A DNA stretch of 64,000 nucleotides. Origin: Chrysomallon squamiferum. Taxonomy: Eukaryota > Animalia > Mollusca. The translations under genes and the position numbers were made by a program. The stretch lies in contig CM022679.1 in the NCBI GenBank assembly GCA_012295275.1, positions 7,564,001 to 7,628,000 of the forward strand. Direction: 5' to 3'. Every line of letters begins with the position of its first letter. Position 1 is the stretch's first letter. Under the pieces are notes generated by a model. That model saw nothing but the letters and a program-made list of their open reading frames with translations. It searched no databases and was not told the DNA's origin. Shown one piece after another: positions 44,183 to 59,828 of this stretch.

Positions 44183-44712
44183 CTGAAAAATAAAAAAAAT
44201 TAGAATTTATTAAATTTCTTAAGAAATGATCATATATCGTACACGCTATTATGTGTTAAAATTATCATATGTTCGAAAATATTTAGAATTAATATCCACC
44301 TAACCAAATTAAAACCTTTCAACGTCTGATTATTAAGTGATGACACTATTGCACAACACCGAAAAATAAATCCACTGCAGACACCACGGGTTGCTCTTTC
44401 TGATCAGCAGCAAGATATCTTTTTCATAAAGGACACTGAGTGATATGATCAATAGTCCAAAATCATTAATCCAAAATCAAGATTCATATTTTTAATGTCC
44501 ACTGCTATTTCAAGAAATTTTGGAAGACACACTTTGTTCCTGAAGTATTAATTTCAATAAACAAACAAACAAACAAACAAACAAACAAACAAACAAATTA
44601 ATAAAATAAAATAAAAAGATCCATCAATAAACTGTATAAATAATTACTGAATTTTTATTTTATATCTTTCCTTTTTTTTTTTTTTTAATTTCGCTTTTAA
44701 ATGCTTTTACAT

Positions 44713-44748
<36 letters not shown>

Positions 44749-45110
44749 ATAATGTAAATTTAAAGAAAAAAAATGCTGCATCATCATATTCTGAGTGCAG
44801 AAAGTTACAGATCAGCCGACAGCAACGTTAACAATTCCATTACAAAAACAGCAAATGAGAATCACAGCATGAACACGCTTCATGTGTGTGTCTCGTTATA
44901 ATTGAGATGACAATTTTTGTAAAAATTTTCTTTGTCTCGTGAGCAGTTCTTCACTCGGTTGCTGATGATATTTTATTTCTCAACTTTCTGTCTCGGCCAA
45001 TAAACACCTGTTATTTCTGTTCAAAAATGAGTTTTATGATATTCTTTTCCGTTAATTCGTGCTTTAACGTTTCTTAATTATCATTATCATTATCATCATC
45101 ATCATCATCA

Positions 45111-45165
<55 letters not shown>

Positions 45166-46331
45166 AAAAAAAAAATATGTTAACTATGTTACTGTTAAGG
45201 TCCATACAAAAACAACTTTCTATAAGCAGGAAAGAGTATTTTTAAAGATACCTTCCCGTAAAAAGTAATAACTAGCTGAAGCTGAAGGAGAAGCTAAGCT
45301 GTGGTTCGTTCACATGACTACATTTTCCAGAAGAAAATCTATTTTTCAATGGATCAGTTGATGGTCACGTGTGTTTGAAACATTTCAAAGAATTGTAAAG
45401 AAAAGCTTCATTTGCGTTTTAAATTCAAATGAAGCATTAAGATTGTGTTACTCTGGTTTTTGAAAGGATTCTTGTGACAGTAACAAATATGTAAAGAGAA
45501 TTCAATATGTCTTTTTATGTATATGTGTATGTATATATGTATGTATGTATGTATATGTATTTATATATGTATGTATGTATTTAATTTATATTATTTTATT
45601 TTGTAATATTTTATTCGTTCTTTATTATTCATTTTACGTTTATTTTATCCTGTTTGTTTGTTTGTAAAATTATATCAATGCCATACATATTTTCCTGAAT
45701 GATCTCTTCAGTTTAAACGGTTTCAAAGTCTTTGTAAAGACGTAAGTTCGTCATCTTTTATTGAACAACCTTAAAACAAGTCTGAGAGAAAAGTATCGAT
45801 TACTTTGTACATCAAAATATTTATTTTCATTATGCGGAAACAAGTAAGGAAGGTTTTCTCATTTCAAATCATTTTTTTTCTCCATCTTTCTTTGAGTGTT
45901 TCTTTTTATCTGATAACAGTTATGTAAAGTGTTTGTTTAAAATCTCTAAATGCATGTTGCTTTCAGAGTTCTTTTGAACGTTATCGTCAGCATATGGCCA
46001 TCCTTGATTCTCGAAATCTGTAAAGTAAAAAATTTATTTTATGACGCCCCAAAGTACGTTCTATGTCACAGAGAAATGATACGCAAAGAGCTTTGAATAT
46101 AATTATTATTTTCGATAGTTCTCTGTGTTTTCAAAATATATTTAATTTATATATTTTTTATATTTAATTTGTCGTAGAACATATTCTCAAAAGACAAATG
46201 AAAGATGGTAATAATTATTATATATATTAAAATCAGATGTTACTGTTGAAATAATTTTGTTTGGACGCTTATTTACGTCTGACAGTTTGATTTAGGTTTT
46301 AAAAAAATATATTTTTCAGACAATTAAACGT

Positions 46332-46440
<109 letters not shown>

Positions 46441-47538
46441 TTTGGAAAAATAAAATCTAGAGGCCCAGAATTATCTTGCGTCATAAATATCTTAACACCT
46501 CAAATGTCAGCAACAAGTAAAACATTAACCAGAGACAGTGAGATTTATCAAATCTATTCTAAATGTGAACTATCTACATATCTGTCTTATTCACCTGTAC
46601 TTGTAATGATAAATAAAACAGAAAGATTAATAATACGTTATTCAAGAAAAATCATCACTGATATTTATAATAAAAGAAACGGACAGTACTGGCAAGAAAT
46701 AATAACGAACAATAAAATACAGCTTTGGGCTACACACAGATATTAACAAGACTTATGAGATGGAAATTCTTGAAGCCAAAGACAATAATTATATAAACGT
46801 GAAACTATATGAAACACATATGTAGCATTACGCATTTTATTTCCGCATAGCGGAACAACGGTTACGTACTCGTAAGTGTTATTTTTAAGCTGCAATAATA
46901 AAAATAAAAAAAACTCGTTTCTACCCACGAAGCTCATTCTACTTCAGCTCACTTTCAGATTAAAAAAATTCTTATAAAAATCTTTAACTACGTGAAACTC
47001 AGATCCTGATGATAATTAACTAAGTACAGAAATAATCATTTCAACTCGTTTAGCGTTTTCTTCTTCAAGCGACGGCGCGACCGCGTTGAATGAAACAGGT
47101 TTTCAGTCAGCAAATGTTTTATGTTAACGAAATCGGTTGCAATCTGTAACGTTAGATCTCACTGGTGATCTGCCTTGATCTCAGGTTAGTTAAAGCACCG
47201 GTTCACAGAGGGCGCTGAACGATGATGCTTTATTTAAGATTACCGGATGTCGTGGGTTCGGACTTAAGTCAGATGAAACCGATTACGTGCGTCCACTTCC
47301 GCGTGAAAATTAATTCAGTCTTTTAACAGGACGTCAACACGAAGTGAGAATAGAATCTCTGTATCATCTAAGAGTCGTGAACTTTTTACGAAATGTTGAC
47401 CTTTCTCCAAAGTGTTTACATGTTAACGTGTATTGGAACTATTGTGAACAAAATCGTAGAAAATAAATTGTATCTAAATTATTATTTTGTCTGAGATAAT
47501 CTCTGTCTCTCTCTCCCTCTCTCTCTCTCTTTGGGTGT

Positions 47539-47609
<71 letters not shown>

Positions 47610-50600
47610 AGTTTTTCCGGTTTAAAAGAAAAAACTTATTTTCATTTACTGTGACTTTCACTGTTATCGTTTCTTACTGTTGTTTCAGGGTATTCTTCTA
47701 ATTCAATACTTGTCACTGATCGATTTTACACTGCTTGTCGATCGATCGATCCTGGCACCTCCCTCTAGCGGATGTAACTCATTTTCCTCATTTATCTTGA
47801 AGAAAATTTCCTTTCCTTATTCCTATAGCAAATCGTAACACAACTGAATTGATTTTATTGGAAATTCAACTTTTACTGTTTACCAGTAACGGCTAAACGT
47901 GTCGACAAGAAATTACATAGTTTACTTATTTGATCAGCAGAAGTGCTGATTGACTGTTTCACCCGAGGTTGTCGTAGCTGTGTTGGAGAAGACGTCGTCA
48001 GCAAACTGTGGAGTAATATTTCCTTCACGTGTCACGAGGTGAAGATGAAGTCGATGTGGCGTAAATTTAATTGTGAAATGTTAGATTAAAGGTTTTGACT
48101 GAAAATAAAAAAATTTATAAAATACTCTCTTATTAACTGAACACTGATAACATGATTTCGATAGCGGAATTTTATTCTCGCCCAATATATTTTGTCATCG
48201 ATCTAGATCAGTGTACGAAGTTCTGAAAATTGACTTCTATTTGAAAAAAAAAAAAATAATAATAATAAAAAAAACCGATCCTTTAACAAGCATACGTATC
48301 TGAAAACAAATCAAAACGTCTTGAACTTCCACTATAGAATTTTTCTACTTTAAAAGAAAAAAAGAGTTCAAAGTGATGTTACTGCGCAGTATAAATCGTT
48401 TAACGACGATTGCTACAGTTTGTATAAATATAACCATTAATATATGGATTGTGGTTTGTGTATTGCTTTAAAGTGCGGTTTTAAACCACTATGTATGTTG
48501 TCTCTTTTTTTGAAGGCAAAAACTGTATTTGCATATGTGGCTGAATATTTTTACGAATGTCCTTAATCAAAACGTACATATTTTACATCTGAATTTCTTT
48601 TCTTCTGTACTGCTAAATATACACTTTAAGCATTCATTCATGTCTTTATTAAGAGTAAAAAAAAATAGCAAAAAAAGCCTTCAAAATAACATCAAAAAAT
48701 TAAAAATAGCATTATTTTTGTAAAATGCGAAAATAATGTCGTCCTAAACTGTATTGATTTTTAAGTGCATGTAATTTAGACAGATCTGTATTCCATTGTT
48801 AACCGTTTTTTTTTTTTTTTTTTTTTTTTTTTAATGTCAAGAATTAACAACGTTCTGACCTTCCTTGTCGTCACGATGATTTTAATTCGGATTGAAACAT
48901 CTCTAAATCTTCTGCATCAGCCTCGTTTCTCGCTTTTATTAACAGAGTTTACTGACAATGACAGGTGTTGATGGGGAACGTTTTCGCTGTTACAGAACTG
49001 AATCGCTTCACTCAAGGGCGCAGTTTGTTAAAGAGGTGTTGCGACTGTTAAAGTGTACAAAGCTCGCCGTGTTTTCTCAAGCACAAATCCATGTTCATAA
49101 CGAGTAGACTGACGTAACTGATTTTCTGTAATTGCTGTTGCGTTGTTTTTGTTTTTTACTACGTTTTTTTCTGTCAGTTTTGTTTTGTTCGTGTCATTTC
49201 TTTTTAAACAGACTTGTCATTTTGAATTATCAAACGCAGTAATAGATCATTGGCTCCTGCTACAGTTTAAATTGATTATAATGTTGTATTGTTATATATA
49301 AAACGGGTTGGCAACAAAAGGGAAAACAAATTAATATTAAAAAGTTTAAAAAAAAAAAAATTAAATTAGAAAGAAACCGAACTTTGACATCTGTTTTTTC
49401 CCTAAAAGCACATTTTAAAACTTTTTAAAGATTTAAATTATTAAACGCCTGGATATTGTCCGTTATCGACCAAAATGTCGAGTTACTGTCAATAACAGAT
49501 GTTACATAACGCCAAAATCAAAGTCATATACGGAAAATTTCATGTCACTCAAAGTGTCGTCTGGGAATGTCGTCTGGCTGGAACGTAAATAGACAAAATG
49601 AGCGGGACTCGAAAAAGTATTTCAGTCTCGGTTTTCATCACATCACAACCGTGATAGTCCTCTAGAATTCGGATAAGGAGACTTGTTTCACTTAGGCAGG
49701 TTGGCGCAGTGCAGAAATCATGATGTGATTTCCAGGAAAGAAGTACGATACATCATCAGAAAACAGAGTGATAAATAAAAAAAAGATATCTAAAGTACAT
49801 TATCCACTCAGAGGAACATGTATATAAACGCTGATGATGAATTGCTTTTTAAATTTTCTTTACGCCTTCATTTGACAGTAACAGCTGCACTTATAAGAAA
49901 TAGAAAAATATAACATTTTTATCAAACAGTTTATACAACTCATTTTTTCCCTATCTTTGATTTATCACATCTGCACTTAAGAAAATGAGAAATATCTCTT
50001 CTCTCTAACGTATTATGCAACATGTGTCAGTCTCTATTCCTGTCTTTAACTTAAAAATGCTGTTGTCACATTTAGTTTTTCCTTTACAAAGAAACTGACA
50101 CTGTCATTACTGTCAAATTAGTCAGTGTATCAAACCTTTCTTTAAGAGAAGAATTCACAGTAAAAACTGAATTTCGCAAAAAGCGTCGAATGTCTTGTTT
50201 TGTACATAATTGCGTGCAAACGGTAATGTCTAACTGCAGATAATTCCCACTGCCAAGATTGGCCATTAAAATCGGAGATTTTTATTCGTTTTCAGTAAAT
50301 TATACAAACATTACGTTTATTAAAGATGTTTTTCAACCAAAAAAGAATGATGTCGTTTCGACGGGAATAAATCGATCTCTCACAGTTGAAACAATTCAAA
50401 AATAACTTCGTAATAATTCATACTTTCTCCTCAAAAACGTGCCTTCATCTTTCTCGCTCTCTCTCTCTCACGCACACGCACTCACACATACACACATACA
50501 CTCTATCTCTATCTCTCTATCGCTTTTTCTATCTCTGTCTGATAATTTATTTTTTATTTTATTATTTTTTTTTTTTTTAATTCTCAGCAACATGCTATAT

Positions 50601-52828
50601 TTTATTCAAATCCAGATGCATTCATAAATCACATGATATGATTTTACGCAAGAACATTTACAAAACTGGTATATCAGTACATTAAGTACATGCACCGTTA
50701 TCAGCACAATGAAACGATAATAATAATGAAACCGTCTGCAACTTTTATCCAACGTATCATGGGCTATAATCATTTCTATAACCAAAACTATCTTCTAATT
50801 TTTTTTCTTTCTCTAAATATACAGGATTAAGCGCGTTGACCTGCGAATTTTGTATCAGAAAATCGTATTTCAAGGGTGTTTATCTATTTATAATGCACAG
50901 CAGACTCAGAATTTAAAATTGAACATGATTTGACGTCTTCTGGGGAAAAGCCAGCGGCCATTTGCCTGGTGATTATTACAGAAATTTGACTAAACTTGAA
51001 ACTAATCTGACTGTCATTACACGTTGTGTCTGGATGTTCTACAGATATGTGTGTCATTAACTAATTAAAATACACTCGAGTACTTGCACTTCGGGCTATT
51101 TTAAAACTGGAAACGTTTGTAACCCTGTCAGCTTTCTTCAAAATGCAGAAGTCATTAAAAAAAATGGGGAAGAGATTTAAATAGGAAATCAGCTATTACT
51201 TTTTATTATGACTATTATAGATATTTTTGTAGCCACCTTGCATCCTCGGTATTTTGTTAGTTTATTGCCATAACCTAACTTTTTTTAGCAAATATAGGTT
51301 GCCAGTAACAAATAAAACTATATTTTGGAAATCTTTTTAAAGTTGGTTATTTGTTTATCTGGAGATAACTCTCTTTCTAAAAGACACGGAAGTGGGTAAA
51401 TGTTTTCCTTCGTATCCTAGAAGATTTTTTTGTTTGTTTTTTTGTTTAAACCCATCTATCTTCATCTCAAACTTGATTCATTTATCACAACCCAGACATT
51501 TCACGTTACAGCTTCTGCAAAACCTCACAAATGATTTCATTTTATTTATTTGTTTATTTATTTTTTGATTATTTTTATTTTAAGAACACTAAAGTATTGT
51601 TTGTTTTATTTACAGTTTTATAGATTTTTTTTTTTTTTTGTCTGCACTTTTCAATCACTGTTCTGTTATTTTTTATTTATTGCCTATGAAATGAGAATAG
51701 TGGGCGGGCTCGGGGTGAACTGTCTTACATGTTACATACTAAACAGCTGACTCTGTTCCTTAACACCCATCTATCTGATGTAGGTATTTAATTGAAATTG
51801 ATCGGGCAGTGTGTTTAAATAGTAAATAACTAACTGTATTTGCTACAGGAAGTCAGTATTTAAAGTGCACAGTTCCTATTTTTTTTTTCTTTTTTTTTTA
51901 TAATATTTTTGGTTGTTTGTTGTTGTTTTGCGTTGTTTGTTTTTTTTTTTTTTTTTTTTTTTTTTGTTCAACCAATATTAATTAACAAAGAAATATAACA
52001 AGAAAAGAGTACAAAGAAAATAAAAGATATCTAGACCCTGCCATTTCTTTGTAATGATGACGTCACTGCGTACACTGGAGGACCGATTTGGTTCCTTCTG
52101 GAGTTGTCAGAAGAAGAAAAAAAATAGAACTATAAGTCCTCCGGTTATGAGTGGGGAAAATGGCGGTTTTCAAATATTTTGTAACAATTATTTTATTGCC
52201 GTTCTTTGCAATAAGCGATAATAGATCGTCCAAAACATTAAAACAATAACGTAGAAGTAGTAATAATTTTAATTAAATCATATCGTCACGAAAATCCACA
52301 GGTAGACTTTAATTGAAATAAATGTATAATTTTAAATGTTTTTACAATTAGTATATTTTGAGTTGGCATTTGACTAAAAATATCGAGCCAGCGTGGTTAA
52401 ACAGTAAACAACCAACTTAACTTAATTCTGTTTCTAATTGAAGAATATCTTTTATCAGCACGTCTGTTTTGAATTCCGAGTGAACTGAAATCTGCTGAGT
52501 AATTCGGTTTAACAGTAAAAACAATTAAGTGTATTTTTAACAACAAACCTAACTGGAGTTTTGCATCTAATTGAAATTTACTGGGCAGTAGTTGTTGTTG
52601 ATTTTTTTTGTGTGAAATATGCTGGTTAACTCTGACTCTCTTTCGCTTATCAGCATGCCCTGGCTTGTACAAACATTTGCGATGCTGAACAAACCGCAGT
52701 GGTACGTTGCAGATAATTTGCTGTCATTAGCGAGATGCGAAACGCACATTTCCAGTTCTGATAAGAACTCATTTCTTATTGGATATTTTACAGAAACTAA
52801 ACATGTATATGTACGCGTGTATGTGCAT

Positions 52829-52891
<63 letters not shown>

Positions 52892-53115
52892 TGCAGAATC
52901 ATGATTTCGAAAAAAAAAACACCCAGTAACATAACATTGTGAGGTTTCCTAGATTCTGCAGCAATTACTGACATAAACAAGTGTTGGTAATCGACTTAGA
53001 TGAAAAGAAGTAAAGTCATTATTTATTATCAGATCTCAGGAGTAATCGTTATGGGAGCAACAACAATGGTAGAAGTAATAGTAGTGTTAGTTTCAGCAGT
53101 AGCAGCAGCAGCATC

Positions 53116-53155
<40 letters not shown>

Positions 53156-54764
53156 ATAGACGTAGTAGTAGTATAAATAGTAACGGTAATAGTAGTAGTA
53201 GTTGTTGTAGTAACAGTATTAACAGTAGTAGTAGTAGCAGCAGAAACAGTAGCAGTAATTACTATTATTATAACAGGTTTTGTTGCGTATGTTTTAAACA
53301 TATTAAAAAAAAGAACACTTTTCCTCTCTCTAACTCCAGCATCTCTGTTACGTTCGTTTACATAGTAATCTGCAGGTTAATTCCGAAAACAACTCCAACA
53401 ATTATACTATACATCATTTCCAGATTTATTGTTCAGTATTTATGTAGTATCACGACATCGTCCATTTTAAGCTTACTTAAAGACAGTCAACAGCTCTGCG
53501 TATAAAACAAATCTACTCGCTTTTAGCTTGAACGTCATACGCAGCAGACTGCCTCTCCTGTTTACTGAACATGCCAAAAGCATGCTTCCCGTGCACGGCT
53601 TTCTGAGTTATCGTAACGCTTGGCAACCCATCAGATAACGAGTAGAAATAACAGTTATTTATTGCACACGCTGGGAGGCGTCAGGTGAGTCTGGTATTAC
53701 ATATGAAATAACCAAGGTAGAGAACAGCAGCAAGATTGAATAGTAAGTTGTTTTTTTTGCAGAAAAAAAAAAAAAAAAAAAAAAAAGTGAAAAAATGTTA
53801 AAAAAAGAAAAATATAGATATGTAAATATGTAGATATTTTTGCACGTCTTTGAAGTATTTTTATCTAAGTTTCCTGTCTGTAAGTCTGTGTACGTATGGC
53901 CGATAGAGATTATTTATTTCCAGGTAATTTCCTAAACCACCGCTGTTTCATGGTCATAAAGGTGTGTTCCACCGAAATAACTTACTGTTACTGACTGTTA
54001 TATTAATAATTATACAAAGATATTATTTTTGTTTTAACAGAGATGACCATGTCTGTGTTTTTGTGGTAGTAAACGCTTGTGAAATGATCTAATTTGTTCA
54101 CAGACTGACAGACAGACAGACAAACAGACTCACTAACTGGCTGAATGAAAGATTCACTCAGTGAAAGAACAAATGTTTTTTTTTTTTTTCATTTAATTTA
54201 TTTGCCTAATTTATTATTTATGATACTAAACATCTAGGAGTATTTGTTTTGTTTTTTTTACATCTGTTTTTAGTTTGCAATTAGACCCAACTGAAATGAT
54301 GTTATTCCCAATATACATGAATATTTCTCAACACTTTACACCGTCCGATGTGTTGCTTTTTGTTAGTTTGTTGTTGTTGTTGTTGTTGGAGGTTTTGGTG
54401 GTGGTTTTTTCAGGACATTTCATCTATCGAAAGGTGTTGTTGTTGCTGGGGTGTTTTTATTTTTGGAGGGAAGTCAGGACATTTGATCTATCGAGAGTTC
54501 GAAGAACCACATTACTCTCATTATTTCTGTATTTCTACAAGGAGAGATTCTTGGTTGTTAACTGTCGTCATATTCAGTCACTCGGTGCTAGCTACTAGAA
54601 ACAGTCAGAATTGTCTAGCTGGTGATTATCACACAGTCAGACAGGATTAACAATAGCCTCCAAACAGATCCGACAAAACCTCTTCTAAAGAAGAAGCCTC
54701 TAGGTGTGTTATTTGTCCTGAACAACATTACCTCGATTAGATTTTCTTAATAATAAGAAGTGAT

Positions 54765-55350
54765 TAGACAGCCTTCCTCTCACTAGTACAGTGCAGTTAA
54801 TTGATATCGTCTTTCTATGCAGCTGAAATAGTGTTCATCTGACTAGTACTGTGCAATAACTGAGATTGTCTTACTTTGACTAGTACTATCCAATAAACTG
54901 AAATAGTCTTACTCTGACTAGTACTGTCCAATAAACTGAGATAGTCTTACTCTGACTAGTACTATCCAATAAACTGAAATAGTCTTACTGTGACTAGTAC
55001 TATCCAATAAACTGAAATAGTCTTACTCTGACTAGTACTATCCAATAAACTGAGATAGTCTTACTGTGGCTAGCCCTATCCAATAAACTGACATAGCCTT
55101 ACTCTGATTGGTACTAAGCAACTGAGATAGCCTTCCTCTGGCTAGTATTATGTAAATGACTAAAACAGTCTTCTGTGACTAGAACCAGGGACTTGAGACA
55201 GTCTTGCTCTTACTAGTAGTATTTAATTTATTGAAATAGTCTTGCACTGACTAGATGGTCGTACTATAACTGGTATTATGCAATTGAAATGATATTTCAT
55301 TGACTACAGCTGTATAACTGAGTCTTCCTTTGACAAGAACTGTACAATTA
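54765..55350. repeat. 38-bp minisatellite, ~15 copies, homogeneous centre and decayed edges
   Basis: Unit actctgactagtactatccaataaactgaaatagtctt; gtctt at 54906, 54944 etc. Confidence 0.93.
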
Positions 55351-57550
55351 ATTGAAATACTTCTTTTTCATATTCTGGTGAAGAACACAAATTTTGAAAA
55401 TTGTTACTGTGAGTTGCTACGTGTGAATGCCTCTCTGACTGCTGGCAATTCCAAGCTCTAATTAATTACACGAAAACTTCTCTCACAATCTCAGACAGCG
55501 TGTTAAAGATATTTGTGGCAACAAACTTCATTATTTAGGGTTTTGACAAGGTAGCGAGATGATTCATACGTCGTACGTGTAAATCTGTAGTATTGGCAAT
55601 TTTATCGAGTTGTTCAAGGCCTTTTCATGTAACAGGTAAATGATGAAATCAATATATGAAATTAGTCTGGCTCTGTGGAGATCAAGATCCCACCAAACAC
55701 GTTTACGTGAGAGTTACTGTGATGTATCCAGCTGAGCTAACTGGATTTTCCGCCGATGGTGGTCCACGTTCAAAGGTAATCTCGAAAATGTTTTTACACA
55801 TTGGTAGAAGATAAAATACCAATGCTACCAGTTACTTTCGGCTGCCGATATCTATAAGGGTTGTAGGTCGTGATAGAGAGAACGCCTCAGGCGCTACAGA
55901 TTACGAGATCGATTCTTGAAATAGTTCTATTAGGCCGTTTTCACAGTTTTTCTTGCAGTCATTTATTCAGTGACTTGTGTGCCAGTCACTGTATTTTTGT
56001 AGCTATTGCCGCGGGTGAATATCCCACAGTTGAAATCTTAAGCTAATACAGAGATCGTGTGGGTCTTGAAATATGGGTTAAACGATATCAAAATATTTTA
56101 GCTAAATGATAAAAATGCTCCACAGTGTTTCACCCGCAAGCAAGTATATACCAGAAAAGGAAAAACGACGATAATTCAAAGCACACAGATGCTGTTCAGA
56201 AAGGGATTCGTGAAGTCCAAATGACTCACGTGGAGACAAGTAACAGCTAATCAGATCAGGAGCTCACGAATCAAACGAATTTCATTATTTTATTACATTG
56301 TAGTGGTAACAGAATAAATCTACTACTCAGTATATTAGCAACATACACCCGTACCTGAATATCTACCTATTAAGCTGTGTACCCACATACAAAGATACCT
56401 CCTATCTACCTATATATACAAACACATACATGTAAAGACGTATATTACCAAATAAAAATTTTAAGTGTGAACACATACACACTCACACACATACATCACT
56501 CAATTAACTGACAAATTATATTAATAAAAAAAATAATAATAATACTAATTGTATAATTTCAGCAGTTTACATTATAATTATCACCCAAATATACAAAATC
56601 CTACCACAAACTGATTTTCTAATATACGTAATTACTGTAATATGTTTTCTGATTATATATACGTCGTTACTGATAAAAGCGTCAGATATCATAGAGTTTT
56701 CAAGTACCAGTATGTGTAATTTAACTTGAAAAAAAACAACATAAAAAAACATCATGTAATTATGTTAATAGCTTCAAATTTTCTCATTTACATAAATAGC
56801 AGACATGTATACCTTTGGCAATGTTCCTTAAACTTTTTTTTTTTTTTTTTTCTTCATATGTTTTTTACTCTTTTTTTTTTTAACAACAAGGCCGGTAAAA
56901 ATAAAAGGCTGATTAAACACACTGTGTTGCTTTTGCTGGTATGTACATATATTAACAATACTTAAGCACGTCTGTTTAACGAAAAACAGTTTTGGTTATT
57001 TCAGCCTGAAGTAATTATTTTCTGTCTGTTAACTTCAACGGATGTGACATCGTTAGTCTCGATTTTAAGCATATGTCAGATTTCAAGTAAATGTACACAG
57101 ACTGATGCTGCGCCGTTTGATTAGGGAAAGCGATTTTTTTCTCTCCTCTTTTCGACTTATGCAACTTTGCAAAACAACTGGCTAGAGTGAACAAACATTT
57201 CAGACGTTTAATAAGCAGTTAATGTGTTTGACTACGGTCCAATTCATATCAACGTTTTCATTTAACTTGTTAGTTATATATGATGACAGCTGGCGGCAAT
57301 ATGATATGTTTAATCATGTTTTTATTATCATATTCTTACAGCTTGTAGTTTATAATAAAAATCACTGTAGAAGTGATGTATACATTAAAATATCTATTAT
57401 TAATAATAAAATAACAACTGACCAGGTTTAGGAAAAAAACAACAACTGTTAAGTAGATTCAACATACAGAGATTCGCCAAAGAAACCATACTGTTTACAT
57501 CCCATACATTTAGTCAACCGAAGTTTATGAAGAAACTATACAGTGGTCAG

Positions 57551-57772
57551 AGACCATTCCGGTTCACGACAATTCCCCACGGCATAGGTTACTGTATGTG
57601 CTTTCCCGTCTACGGGAAGGTCGATATAAACGTCTCTTGCTGCTGTTCAAAATGAAAAGCTGTCTGCAAGGCAGCAGCGGGTCTTCTTTCTGATTGGCCT
57701 TATCGTCACCATAATTATATGTGGCATCATATAAACATAAATTAAACTGTATGTAGACGTCCGCGATAAATA
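57551..57772 (+). mobile_element. Decayed SINE-like element (longest core in the window)
   Basis: agaccattccggttc...gtatgtgctttcccgtctacgggaaggtcgatataaacgtctcttgctgctg...gcagcagcgggtcttctttctga...catataaacataaattaaa; matches the other copies and recalled metazoan SINE central domains. Confidence 0.55.
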
Positions 57773-59442
57773 CAGCAATTCTTGTCTTTTACACGTAGCC
57801 AGAGTCTCTCACATTGCTCAAATTCCTACATATTTGTTTCATTACGAAACTCAGTTAATTAAACAGTCTTGGGCACGGCTGACTCTTGTCAACAAAACCT
57901 AGATCTGCTGCAGATCATTAAATCAGTCTGGCGTTTAGCATTCCAATTATGTCATTCATTCTTCTCAGCAGATAGACGCGTAATTGATTCTGCATGTCCA
58001 GCATCTCGTGACAGATGATATTAAGTAAGAGGTCTGCCACTTTTGTAGGGCTACACAATGAACTGGATTGATGTCTGTCGCACTGTTCCTTGCGTTTTAA
58101 AGCAGTGTGTCTACACGTATTAATCTTTGTATGAAATCATATATCTACGGCTCGGGGGAGGCAACTGTGTTCCCAATTTCGGGAAACTGGAGAAAATTTG
58201 GGCAAAACTTTGCATTTTTATCTGCGTAAAATAACAGAGCAAATGAACTCCTGTGCTCCCATGAGAAAAGAGTCCCACACTGCATGCAGATTAATATTCC
58301 GCTTAATGTTATAAATTATATGTTAATAATATAATTTGAATATATATTAGAAAATGGATTTATCCTTGTCCGTGTAAAAAAAATATGCATGTATAAGGAA
58401 CAGTTTCAGGGTTTTAGCAGGGCGCCATAATGTCTTGGATTTAGGGTTCAAGAAACATATTAATGAAATAAAAATAAACATGTCAACAAAATAGACCAGC
58501 AAAAGATGTTTTCATATAACAGACATCTGCTTTCTATAAATTGTTGTCAGTAAGTTTGTGTGTTACTGAGTTAACAACAGAGAGCTGACTTAAAGATCTG
58601 ATGCTGTGTTATATTCGTCTTTATGTACCTGACTTAGAACTAGATTATTTAAACAGTGTGCCAGTGATTACTTAGTTGTTGGCCCAGACAGTGAATCGTT
58701 CTTTAATTTTCAAAAGCAAAGTCAAAAAATCACTTTTACAGGTTTAAATTTCTGTTGAGAAAGCAATGGTGGTGAATAACTGTATAAGTAAAGAAAAACA
58801 TTAGTTTGTTTCTGTTTAGTCTGTTACTTGTAAGTTGTCATCATTTCTTTATTATATACATGATCAAAGAGTTTGAAATTTAAATTATATAGTATAACCT
58901 ATTAAGGCATTTTTTTATATAATTTTAATTATAATTTGGTTCTAATTTTTTATTTATTTTATATTTTATAATTTACTTATTTCCTTCTTGTTGTTGTATT
59001 TTTTTTGTTCTTGTTTTATCCCCATTTTTGTTTTACTCACAGTAAATTTGATTCAGAATCTTTTCAACAGAAGCATTTACTGTGTATTTGACTCTTAGGA
59101 TCATTAAGAAATGAATTAATGAAGACTAAAGCTTATTTTGGAAGATGCATAACTAACTACACATTTTTTTTTTATTTAAAGAAAGCCTTAAACCACCTGA
59201 AAAATAATAAAACAAAGGAATGTCACCTTTGATACAGTTGTTGATTATCTATTCTTTGATATTTAACTATAAATATACTAAACTAAGATATGTTGTTTTA
59301 TAAACAAAACTGCGCATCTGTAAACAGGCTAAGCCCGGATCCAGTATGGAGAATTATTTGCAAAGGAAAATTATTATTCGTAGAAACGTTTATGTCGATA
59401 AAAAAACATAATAGACTGTCAAGAAAATAATGTTAGTTAAAG

Positions 59443-59482
<40 letters not shown>

Positions 59483-59729
59483 CGTTATTTTTCTATAGAG
59501 TCACTGTTTCAGTTATTCATCTAAAAGTTTATTTTCAGTAACATAAATGTTTAACTGTAGTTCTGTATGTTTTGTTAATTAACTATTCTAAGCTAGAGTT
59601 TGTTTTGAACACTACTCTAATTTTATAATAATAATAATAATTATAATAATAATAATAATAAAAATAATAATAATTAGTAATAACGATAGTAGTAGTAGTA
59701 ATAGTAGTAGTAAAAGCTTCAGTGGTAGC

Positions 59730-59768
<39 letters not shown>

Positions 59769-59828
59769 TTTTGAGACAAAACTAATTTCTGAAACTGAGA
59801 ATGTGACAGAAACGTGAGCAGTACAAAC

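Noticed and set aside
51995-52165. Possible Helitron/Helentron-like end (ctataagtcctccgg...gggga)
   Set aside because: Hairpin too degenerate to support a call.
54765-55350. CRISPR-like appearance (38-bp repeat with palindrome)
   Set aside because: Units are head-to-tail with no unique spacers, no cas genes, and the context is a eukaryotic intron.
58138-58290. Possible MITE relic (ggggga...tttcgggaaa...tttgggcaaa)
   Set aside because: Reminiscent of molluscan non-autonomous elements, but no convincing TIRs or TSD and no second copy here.
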